Source: Polycladomyces zharkentensis
GTDB lineage: Bacteria; Bacillota; Bacilli; Thermoactinomycetales; JIR-001
Direction of reading: 5' to 3'
Assembly: GCF_016938855.1 (NCBI RefSeq)
Contig: NZ_JAFHAP010000018.1
Location: 9,825 to 33,824, forward strand
DNA length: 24,000 nt
Numbering within the stretch: the first letter of the stretch is position 1; every line of letters starts with the position of its first letter. Below the pieces are notes generated by a model that was not told where the DNA came from, made no database searches, and worked only from the letters and a program-made list of their open reading frames with translations. Both the position numbers and the translations under genes were made by a program. Of this stretch, positions 8,535-15,717 are shown piece after piece.

Positions 8535-9522
8535 TCCGATGTGGTTAGTCGTACTCGTCGTCATTCTCGCACTCATCTTTGATTTTACCAACGGGTGGAA
8601 TGATTCGGCGAATGCGATCGCAACCGTTGTCGGCACGCGGACGCTTTCGCCCTTCCAAGCCCTGATGTTGTCCGCCGTGTTGAACCTGGCCGGGGCGTTT
8701 TTCTCCACTGCCGTGGCCAAAGCGATCGGAAATGACATCGTTGATCCCAAAGGCATTACATTGCTGGTAATCGTCGCCACGCTGCTGGCGGCCATTTTGT
8801 GGAATACGGCCATGACACTGATGGGGTTGCCGATCAGCGCATCCCACGCCTTGATCGGGTCATTGGTCGGAGCGGCCATCGCATACAACGGGTGGGACGT
8901 GCTGCGGTTGAAAGGGATCGTCACCATCTTGATCGCCCTTCTGGTTTCACCGTTGTTGGGTGGCGTGCTGGGATATGCCATCATGAAGCTGATCCGCCGG
9001 GTGTTTGCGGAAACGTCGCCTTCCAAAGTGAAAAAGTGGTTCCGACCGCTGCAAATTGTATCGGCGTCGTTCATGTCGTTCAGTCACGGTACGTCGGATG
9101 CGCAAAAGGCAATGGGCATCATCACACTCGCCTTGTTCACCAGTGGCCATCTCTCCAGTTTGGAGGTGCCGACCTGGGTGATGGTCGCCGCCGGTTTGGC
9201 GATGGCCATCGGTACGGCGGCAGGTGGATGGCGTGTGATCCAGACGATGGGCGCTCGCCTGAGTCGGTTGGAAACTCCTCACGGCTTTTCTGCAGAAACC
9301 GCCGCCGCACTGATTTTGACGACGGTGGCCAAAATCGGCGTTCCGGTCAGTTCCACGCATACGATCACCGGTTCCATCATCGGTGTCGGTGCGGCCGAAC
9401 GGATCCGCAGTGTGCGTTGGGGCATCGCCGGCAAGATCATCTACGCTTGGGTGCTGACCCTGCCTGGCACGGCCGTGATGGGCTTTATCCTGTATGAAAT
9501 TCTGCGGGTGCTGGAACCGTAA
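8527..9522 (+). CDS. pit: inorganic phosphate transporter, PiT family
   Basis: The PiT signature FDFTNGWNDSANAIATVV is repeated in the C-terminal half (SFSHGTSDAQKAMG). The protein is a 331-aa polytopic membrane protein. Confidence 0.92.
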   Translation: MPDPMWLVVLVVILALIFDFTNGWNDSANAIATVVGTRTLSPFQALMLSAVLNLAGAFFSTAVAKAIGNDIVDPKGITLLVIVATLLAAILWNTAMTLMGLPISASHALIGSLVGAAIAYNGWDVLRLKGIVTILIALLVSPLLGGVLGYAIMKLIRRVFAETSPSKVKKWFRPLQIVSASFMSFSHGTSDAQKAMGIITLALFTSGHLSSLEVPTWVMVAAGLAMAIGTAAGGWRVIQTMGARLSRLETPHGFSAETAAALILTTVAKIGVPVSSTHTITGSIIGVGAAERIRSVRWGIAGKIIYAWVLTLPGTAVMGFILYEILRVLEP

Positions 9523-9536
9523 TCAACCATACAAAA

Positions 9537-9566
9537 AACCGGTCAATCGACCGGTTGGTTGTTTTT
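9537..9566 (+). terminator. rho-independent terminator after pit
   Basis: AACCGGTC (9537-9544) pairs with GACCGGTT (9549-9556) and is followed by GGTTGTTTTT. Confidence 0.75.
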
Positions 9567-9575
9567 ATCGACAAA

Positions 9576-9600
9576 CCCAGCGGTTTTTCCGCTGGGTTTT
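9576..9600. terminator. second hairpin, possibly a bidirectional terminator
   Basis: CCCAGCGG (9576-9583) pairs with CCGCTGGG (9589-9596). It is followed by TTTT on the + strand and by TTTG on the - strand. Confidence 0.6.
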
Positions 9601-9854
9601 GTATCAACAATCACGGAGAAAAATCCCTCCTTCGGCCTCGTTTTTTCCTTCCTAGAAAAGGCATTTTGCTTGATGTTGCGGCACACGGCAGTAAGAGGCA
9701 TGGCTCCGTTACTATGGCAAGCGCCCTTATCCATGCAGTGCGAAGTGCGTGCCATCTTCGCAGTGGCAAGAGGTAATCATCTGCTTTCGATTCAGCAATG
9801 TATTCGTCAGTGTCAAAAGATTGATCGGATGGATGTGCAAACATCGGTGCGATA

Positions 9855-9894
9855 AACACAAAAATCCCCCTGCCTTTTGTATGTACGGGGGATT
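9855..9894 (-). terminator. rho-independent terminator (- strand)
   Basis: AATCCCCC (9863-9870) pairs with GGGGGATT (9887-9894). The - strand reads ...GGGGGATTTTTGTG. Confidence 0.6.
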
Positions 9895-9949
9895 CTGATG
9901 ATCGTTTATTATTTCGTTTTTACCGCAGAGATGGGAAACGGAGGAAATT

Positions 9950-9978
9950 AAAAAAAAATAGCGCGGTGTCCGCGCTAT
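9950..9978 (-). terminator. strong rho-independent terminator (- strand)
   Basis: ATAGCGCG (9958-9965) pairs with CGCGCTAT (9971-9978). The - strand stem is followed by a run of 9 T. Confidence 0.75.
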
Positions 9979-10509
9979 TGATTAGGAGACGGTGATGGTG
10001 GAAATCACAGAGGGTGAACCACAAAGAGAGGAGGGTTTCATCTCTTCCCAACACCCCTGGAGTGGATTCTGGACATTTTCAATATATAAAAGGATTGCAA
10101 AAGAGTTTGTGATAAATTGCACAAAAATAAGTGACAATATTGTGGCAGTGATTTTCTTATATAGCGCCGTTATTCAGAACTTATCTTCCACAACCTATGC
10201 GGTATATCTCACAAAGCAAACATCGGGATGAACCACGATTTAGGGGTAGAGGTAGCGAATGCTGATTGTGCGGTTGAGGTTGCATCTATAGCAACTCAAG
10301 TCATTGCGTTTATACAGGAAACTCAGGGATCACACGTTCATATTCATCCTGAGCATTGGTAATGGCCAACTTAGAATACACTTCAAGATTTACGGCATGC
10401 ATGTCCAGAATAAGTCTTGAGCCATGTTAACAGGAAGTGACGCAACCAACTTATGCGGCAAATGGATTTGACCATGCTGGCCTGATCAGAATACTTCTTG
10501 AGTAAAGTG

Positions 10510-10875
10510 CTAAGTCGTTTTATCTTTGACCACTGCATTATCTGGACTTTTGGTGGCATTTAATATGACTACTCCCCCGACTATCAATACGATTCCCAAA
10601 ACTGTCACTATATTAAAAGGTTCTTTCCATATCAATATATCAATTAATGCGGTTAAAACCGTCCCTGCTCCCGACCATATGGCGTAAGCTGTCCCCAATG
10701 GAATATATCTAAGACTAATGGAAACAAAGTAAAATGCGACTCCGAATCCCAAAATGAAACCAATAGAAGGAAGAAAATTTGAAAAACCCGCTGATAATTT
10801 AAGCATTGAAGTGCCTGTTATCTCTCCGGCAATGGCTATGCCAAGTGCTATGTATCCTTTCATAATATCTTTCAC
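10510..10875 (-). CDS. SMR-family efflux subunit (paired SMR, longer partner)
   Basis: The protein has four TMS and the conserved membrane Glu in TM1 (IAGEITGTSMLK). GAGGTGA lies 4 nt upstream of GTG 10875. The start codon lies 20 nt downstream of the partner gene's stop (19-nt gap). Confidence 0.85.
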   Translation of the reverse strand: MKDIMKGYIALGIAIAGEITGTSMLKLSAGFSNFLPSIGFILGFGVAFYFVSISLRYIPLGTAYAIWSGAGTVLTALIDILIWKEPFNIVTVLGIVLIVGGVVILNATKSPDNAVVKDKTT

Positions 10876-10894
10876 AATATCACCTCTTCCTATG

Positions 10895-11221
10895 TTAATG
10901 ATTTCCCCCGGAAAGTTTCATAATTACAATCCCGCAAATAATCAGGATTATACCTAATAATTTTTTTGAATCAAACTTTTCTTTAAATAGCAAGACACCT
11001 ACTAATGCAGTTAAAGCGGTGCCTGCTCCAGCCCATATAGCATAAGCCGTGCCTAATGGAATAGCCTTCAAAGCTAACGACAGGTAATAGAATGATAATC
11101 CCATTCCAATTATTACCCCTACGGAAGGGAATAATTTCTTAAAACCATTTGATACTTTAAGCATTGAACTACCAAACACCTCAGCCAGGATGGCAGCGGC
11201 TAATAAGACATATGAATTCAA
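10895..11221 (-). CDS. SMR-family efflux subunit (paired SMR, EbrAB/YkkCD-like)
   Basis: The 108-aa protein has four TMS and the TM1 Glu (ILAEVFGSSMLK). GGAGA lies 7 nt upstream of TTG 11221. Confidence 0.85.
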   Translation of the reverse strand: MNSYVLLAAAILAEVFGSSMLKVSNGFKKLFPSVGVIIGMGLSFYYLSLALKAIPLGTAYAIWAGAGTALTALVGVLLFKEKFDSKKLLGIILIICGIVIMKLSGGNH

Positions 11222-11233
11222 GATACCATCTCC

Positions 11234-11767
11234 TTACTCAGTCATATTGATCAAATATCGGATTACTTTTTCCCGTAATTCTTTGTTTAGATTTCCTACT
11301 CCAAATATTTCAGAGAACCACAAACCATCAACGGCTAATCGAACTATGGTTGACCGTACTGGGTCAATCCCGTCGTTTTCTATCTGTTTTTGCCATGTTG
11401 AATACTCGCTTTGTAGTTTTGCGAGTAAATCTGGGTTTGTAAATAGTGAAGCGATGAGTGCTGTACTGATTCCATTTGCTTCCTTAATATCGGCCAAAGT
11501 TGTCTCGAGATATGCACGACTCCACTTGCCAGCTTCATTAGCTGCATTTGTCGCTCTGTCATGAATATCTGCAAAAAAATTGTTTGTCGCTTCTTCCACC
11601 ATCGCGTTTATTAACGCTTGCTTATTCGGGAAGTGGTAGAGCAACCCGCCCTTACTGATTCCAGCTTCTTTAGCAACTGCCTCAAGCGTAAGTTTTTCAG
11701 CACCATGAGTTTTTACGATAGATGAAGCAACAGATAAGATATGTTTACGTTTAGAATTACTATTCAC
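11234..11767 (-). CDS. TetR/AcrR-family transcriptional regulator
   Basis: The N-terminal HTH, HGAEKLTLEAVAKEAGISKGGLLYHFPNKQALI, is classic TetR. GAGGTG lies 7 nt before GTG 11767. It is the first gene of the tetR-SMR-SMR unit. Confidence 0.9.
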   Translation of the reverse strand: MNSNSKRKHILSVASSIVKTHGAEKLTLEAVAKEAGISKGGLLYHFPNKQALINAMVEEATNNFFADIHDRATNAANEAGKWSRAYLETTLADIKEANGISTALIASLFTNPDLLAKLQSEYSTWQKQIENDGIDPVRSTIVRLAVDGLWFSEIFGVGNLNKELREKVIRYLINMTE

Positions 11768-11786
11768 ATTTGTTCACCTCAAATTT

Positions 11787-11816
11787 AGTGTACCGTCTGG
11801 ACGGTTTTTTTGTCAA
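11787..11816 (-). promoter_or_regulatory. promoter with palindromic operator for the tetR-SMR operon
   Basis: On the - strand, -35 TTGACA (11816-11811) and -10 TACACT (11792-11787) flank an 18-nt spacer. The spacer contains the dyad CCGTC-CA-GACGG (11793-11804). Confidence 0.55.
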
Positions 11817-11865
11817 CTGATTTTCCATTTCTTTGGTGAATGACCCAAAAATCAGTATCGATAGA

Positions 11866-12040
11866 ACCTTTCGATCTTTTCTCGGCATAGGCTTCAGTCA
11901 TCTTCTCATGTACGAATGGGATGGCAATTCCCGTTCCTTAGCGATGGTGTCCACGCCCTTGTGTTCTTCTTGATACTTTTTGACTGTTTTCAACTGAAAC
12001 GCCTGACCGAACGAACGGAACGTTTGCGCTTTTTTGCCAT
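11866..12040 (-). pseudogene. IS3-family transposase OrfA (HTH) remnant, frameshifted and truncated
   Basis: The - strand reads MAKKRKRSVRS and then, in another frame, FGQAFQLKTVKKYQEEHKGVDTIAKERELPSHSYMRR. A further shift gives EAYAEKRSKGS. This resembles the IS3/IS150 OrfA pattern (...EFK..AV..Y.....IA.E.GI....L.RW...Y.EKG). No OrfB follows. Confidence 0.6.
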
Positions 12041-12047
12041 GGAAAAG

Positions 12048-12103
12048 CCCCCCTTTAAGAAGATTTACGCCCACTTTTTATAGCGTGTCTTCTTTAAGGG
12101 GGG
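12048..12103. repeat. 16-bp inverted repeat (hairpin) adjoining the transposase remnant
   Basis: CCCCCCTTTAAGAAGA (12048-12063) pairs with TCTTCTTTAAGGGGGG (12088-12103) with one mismatch and a 24-nt loop. Confidence 0.6.
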
Positions 12104-12289
12104 CACTTCATGTTTCCGGCTTTGTCTGTTCTTCCTTCTCATCTTCAATGACGCATATACGGATTCAGTCCAACCGGGAGTATACCGCAAAATATCTATT
12201 GCCGTTGATTTAACGGTTCTTGCCTTTGTCAACTCAATCGTTGACCCGAAAGCAGAATAGTGTGCGTAAGTCTACCTTGAGGGGGGACT

Positions 12290-13222
12290 TCAATCAACCG
12301 GTTTTTTATTTTCTTTGGACAGCGCGACAACGGTGGCGACGATGCAGATACCGCCAACGGTTTGCCACGCACCCATCGGCACATGCAGCCACACCACCGT
12401 AACGATGGCGGCGGCCAGCGGTTCGGCACAGGCCAGGAGGGAGGTTTCCGTCGGCGTGAGATAACGCAGACTGTCCAAATACCAATAAAATGCGAGCAAC
12501 GTGCCGAAGATGACCACAAATCCAACGAGCAACCAGGCGGAACCCGTCCATACCTGCCCCGATGTCCGCCAAAGCGGGTGAATGATGTTCATCCCCACAC
12601 CGCCGATCAGCATGGCCCACCCCACGATGACACCGGAGCTCCATCTGCTCAACAATCGAGCAGGATACAATGTGTAAAAAGCGGCGGTGACGGCAGAGCC
12701 CAACCCCCAGAAGACGGCGGAAAGGGAGATGGTCAACCTGTCCAGCCGGCCGTTGGTCACCAGCAACCCGGTTCCCATCAGTGCGAGCACCACGGCGACG
12801 ATATCCTTGCGTCCGGGAAGTTGCCGGTTGCGGAGCGCCACATAGATGGTGACGAAAATGGGACCCAAATACTGTAACAGAGTGGCGGTGGCAGCGTTGC
12901 CCGCTTGGATCGCTTCAAAATAGGTATATTGCACGCCTGCCATCCCCAAAATGGAAAAGATGAGCAGTTGGCGGCGATCCGATTTTTGTTTCCAAATCTG
13001 CCAAACCGTTTGTTTTTGAACGAAAGCGAAATAAAAGAGTAGCAAAATCCCGGAAAGGGAGAGTCGGAGGGAAACGAGCCAACCGGGTTGGAATCCTTGA
13101 TGTTGAAACAGCCATTGTGCCGCCGTCCCCGACAATCCCCAGCAAGTGGCTCCGGCCAACACCATGGCGAATCCTTTGAGGCGGTGAAAGGAGGGGGGAA
13201 CCGCCATTGTTACGGACCGCAT
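12290..13222 (-). CDS. EamA/DMT-family permease
   Basis: The protein has ten hydrophobic spans in two EamA-like halves. AAAGGA lies 8 nt upstream of ATG 13222. The open frame continues to 13444 without recognisable protein features. Confidence 0.85.
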   Translation of the reverse strand: MRSVTMAVPPSFHRLKGFAMVLAGATCWGLSGTAAQWLFQHQGFQPGWLVSLRLSLSGILLLFYFAFVQKQTVWQIWKQKSDRRQLLIFSILGMAGVQYTYFEAIQAGNAATATLLQYLGPIFVTIYVALRNRQLPGRKDIVAVVLALMGTGLLVTNGRLDRLTISLSAVFWGLGSAVTAAFYTLYPARLLSRWSSGVIVGWAMLIGGVGMNIIHPLWRTSGQVWTGSAWLLVGFVVIFGTLLAFYWYLDSLRYLTPTETSLLACAEPLAAAIVTVVWLHVPMGAWQTVGGICIVATVVALSKENKKPVD

Positions 13223-13602
13223 TGGATTCATCCTTTCCCGAAAACTGTTTCTCTCCATTTTAATGGAAAAACGAAGAGTTGGAAACGGGGGATGGTAACC
13301 GTCTCGGGGCGTGTCCGATGAATCAATCATTGATCCAAAAGTCCGTATGTTGTCCATGGTGACTGGCTCCGCACGGCTAAAGTACCAGAGGCACCCCCTT
13401 CGGTCGCTGTGGGCTTTTAGGCGTTTTCTGTAAATAGCTTTCACCCCTTCAGGGGACGGTCACCTTAGTCGTATTGGCCATTTTCCTGGTACAGAATTCA
13501 GATGAAAAACGGGACCTCGGCAAAAACGCTACCGACAATTTTCTTCAAAGTCATGCACATTATATTTTTCGGGTGATCGTTTTCTGATATTGGGAACCGG
13601 AA

Positions 13603-13635
13603 AGAGTTCAACCTCTGATGGGGAGGTTGAACTCT
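13603..13635 (-). terminator. 13-bp hairpin downstream of the exporter gene
   Basis: AGAGTTCAACCTC (13603-13615) pairs with GAGGTTGAACTCT (13623-13635). The T-tract is weak on both strands. Confidence 0.55.
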
Positions 13636-13729
13636 CGATTTTATCGTGTATAACCCGAGTCATCCCGCAAATCGTATATCCATCCGTCAATTCGCTTCAA
13701 CCACTGTAGACGGATGTATCAAACACCCT

Positions 13730-14665
13730 CTAGACGGCATCGAGAATGTATCCTTCCAATTCGTTCAGCATTTGCAATAAAGCGGCACGGATTTCAAATT
13801 CCTTGCGGGTTTTGGGGAGCGGCATGTCTTCACAGGTTTCACGCAAGGCGCGGATCTCCTCCTGGATTTGGTGGAAATCATCCGCACCGGAACGCAATGT
13901 CTCAGACATTTTCCTGAGAATGGAGGCCAGCATCTTCCCCTGAACGATCACCTGATCCACACGGGAGACAAGCGCGAGCATATGTTTGATACGTTCATAC
14001 TGCTTTTCTTTCTTTTCGAAGTGATGAAACCGGAGGACGTCATCCGAAGTGATATAGTTGTCTTCATGCAGTAGCGCTTCTTTTTTTCCTTGTTGAATCA
14101 GATTGTGGATGGTGAGGATTTCCGCGCCGTCCCACAGATAGTTCTTCTCCTCCAATGCACGGGCGAAATGATCGAACACGTCGGCGACCGCCAGTTCCAA
14201 TCGGCGGTGAATATTGAGGAGTTGTTCTTTGCGGCTCGGCATGTAGAGCCAGTTGATGGTGAGTGAAACGGTCATGCCGGTGAGGATCAACCAAATCTCA
14301 TTCAATAAAATGTCCATATCCAGATGGCCGGCGGTATACACGTGAATGGTGATGACGGTACCGAGTACCACGCTGCGCTCAGTCTTGGTTCGTACCAATA
14401 TCGGAATCAGAAGAAGCAGGATCAAGCCGATGACGTAAACATGAAACCCCAGCAAACTGAACAGCAGCGTATCCACTGCCAGTGTGAAAAACAGGGCAAT
14501 CACCGTTTTTCCGGCTGTGACCACCGTTTCTTTTCGCGTGTTCTTCAATAGAAGAGCCGCGACGATCCCGGTGAATTCCGCTAATTTCAAATGCAGGGCA
14601 TTGGCGATGTAAATGGCGAGCACCACGGCAACAACGGTTTTGGCTGTTCGGAATCCGATTCTCAT
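13730..14665 (-). CDS. UPF0421/aromatic acid exporter (ArAE/FUSC-like, YgaE-type) membrane protein
   Basis: The start MRIGFRTAKTVVAVVLAIYIA is typical of this family. The N-terminal half has 4-5 TMS and the C-terminal half is a soluble helical domain. AAGGATGAG lies upstream of ATG 14665. Confidence 0.85.
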   Translation of the reverse strand: MRIGFRTAKTVVAVVLAIYIANALHLKLAEFTGIVAALLLKNTRKETVVTAGKTVIALFFTLAVDTLLFSLLGFHVYVIGLILLLLIPILVRTKTERSVVLGTVITIHVYTAGHLDMDILLNEIWLILTGMTVSLTINWLYMPSRKEQLLNIHRRLELAVADVFDHFARALEEKNYLWDGAEILTIHNLIQQGKKEALLHEDNYITSDDVLRFHHFEKKEKQYERIKHMLALVSRVDQVIVQGKMLASILRKMSETLRSGADDFHQIQEEIRALRETCEDMPLPKTRKEFEIRAALLQMLNELEGYILDAV

Positions 14666-14699
14666 GGCTGGCTCATCCTTTTTCTGAAGTGACTGGTGC

Positions 14700-14910
14700 G
14701 TGTCTGGCAAATCCGTGGGGGAAAGATTCCCGGACGGGCGAAAACGTGCGAAAACAAGGAAAGCGCAGGTTGAAATCGCGGGCAAATTCCTCTCGGCGAC
14801 ATACATTGCCCGCGTCCTGCGCTCCGGGTCGGAGCGGTCATCACCTGCTCCCGTGCAGGGCACAGGTGGAGCGAGACGGGAAAGCAATTTGGACAGGATT
14901 TACCAGACAC
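14700..14910 (-). ncRNA. structured intergenic element, copy A (candidate cis-regulatory RNA; class unknown)
   Basis: It is a paralog of 18839-19063. It has a 15-bp closing helix (14700-14714 with 14896-14910) and internal helices at 14842-14868, 14820-14836, 14763-14769 with 14816-14822, and 14777-14785 with 14806-14814. The strand is assigned from G-U-compatible substitutions between the copies. Confidence 0.5.
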
Positions 14911-14915
14911 TCGCT

Positions 14916-14955
14916 AAAAGGCAAGAGCCGGTGGACCAATTTCAGTAGCCGGCTC
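14916..14955 (-). terminator. hairpin after lutC (possible terminator, or part of element A)
   Basis: On the - strand, GAGCCGG (14955-14949) pairs with CCGGCTC (14931-14925) with a 17-nt loop, followed by TTGCCTTTT. The U-tract is interrupted. Confidence 0.4.
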
Positions 14956-15003
14956 CCATGTGAAAAGTATAGGCAAAGGATACGTGCTGTTCAATGGGTT
15001 TCG

Positions 15004-15717
15004 TCAGCGGTCCGTCACAACGATGCAGGTGGCTTTGACGGGTCCGTGTACGCCCACGACCAGGTTCATCTCAATGTCGGCGCTGTTGCTGGGGCCGGAG
15101 ATGAAGTTGACACTGGACGGAATCGCTTCCCCTCGTTCGATCCGCTCGCGGATCATGCGAGCGGCTTGCGTCATGCGGGGTACCAGCGTACTCAGGGGAA
15201 CGATGGCGATGAAGTAACGGGGGAGAAGGCTGACGGAGCGGCCTTTTCCTCCGCCGCTCATCAAGACGACGGTTCCCGACTCGGCCAGTGTGATGTCGCT
15301 GATCGCGATGCCCACATCGGCCTGTTCCGCGCGTTCGATATTGATTTTTCCTTTTTCGGGATTCCATATATGGACATCCAACCCGTACGGATTGTCTTGA
15401 GTGGCGAACAGGGAGGACAACCCGAACTCGGCAAAACGCGGGTCATCCGAACAGATCACTGATTTTCCGTCGTACGAGCGGATCGTTTCCAACAATACGT
15501 CAGGCAGGGATGATGATTCCGTTCGCCGAACATCCGTATGGATCATTCGACATTGACGTTCAAACACTGACAACAGCTCTTCCGGTGTCGCACCGGCGAG
15601 GGTGCGCCATTGTGGTCCGTGTTTCCAATGAGAGGGCCGCTTCACCGGTTCTGAGATACGGGGACGCCCCAGTTTCCGGGCGATTCGCTCCAGAAACGCT
15701 TCACGGTTGTAAATCAT
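15004..15717 (-). CDS. lutC: lactate utilization protein C (LutC/YvbY family)
   Basis: The 237-aa protein carries a LUD-domain pattern ([17 protein letters not shown]...). Its start overlaps the lutB stop (ATGA). It is the third gene of the lutABC order. Confidence 0.9.
   Translation of the reverse strand: MIYNREAFLERIARKLGRPRISEPVKRPSHWKHGPQWRTLAGATPEELLSVFERQCRMIHTDVRRTESSSLPDVLLETIRSYDGKSVICSDDPRFAEFGLSSLFATQDNPYGLDVHIWNPEKGKINIERAEQADVGIAISDITLAESGTVVLMSGGGKGRSVSLLPRYFIAIVPLSTLVPRMTQAARMIRERIERGEAIPSSVNFISGPSNSADIEMNLVVGVHGPVKATCIVVTDR

Noticed and set aside
7725-9074. A 449-aa ORF on the - strand
   Set aside because: It is antisense to the DUF47 and PiT genes. It has no RBS and no domain-like features, so it is a shadow ORF.
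9992-10231. A 79-aa + strand ORF with AGGAG upstream of ATG 9995
   Set aside because: It lies in AT-rich, otherwise non-coding DNA and has no recognisable domain. It runs toward - strand terminators, and a decent RBS alone is insufficient support.
11768-11830. A guanidine (ykkC-type) riboswitch upstream of the paired SMR genes
   Set aside because: The SMR pair is preceded by a tetR gene, and only about 50 nt of promoter/operator lies upstream of that gene. None of the ykkC, mini-ykkC or ykkC-III conserved blocks are present.
12290-13444. The full 384-aa version of the EamA ORF
   Set aside because: The extra 74 N-terminal residues are hydrophilic, lack features and have no RBS at 13444. A start at 13222 gives a typical ~310-aa DMT protein with a properly spaced AAAGGA.
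14662-14948. Similar short peptides predicted on both strands here and at 18377-19080 (for example SLHLCPAREQVMTAPTRSAGRGQC versus SLHLHPARKQVMAASTRSAGRGQC)
   Set aside because: The similarity appears simultaneously in frames on both strands and breaks down at indels. There are no RBS or start-codon signals. This is best explained by nucleotide-level conservation of a non-coding element.
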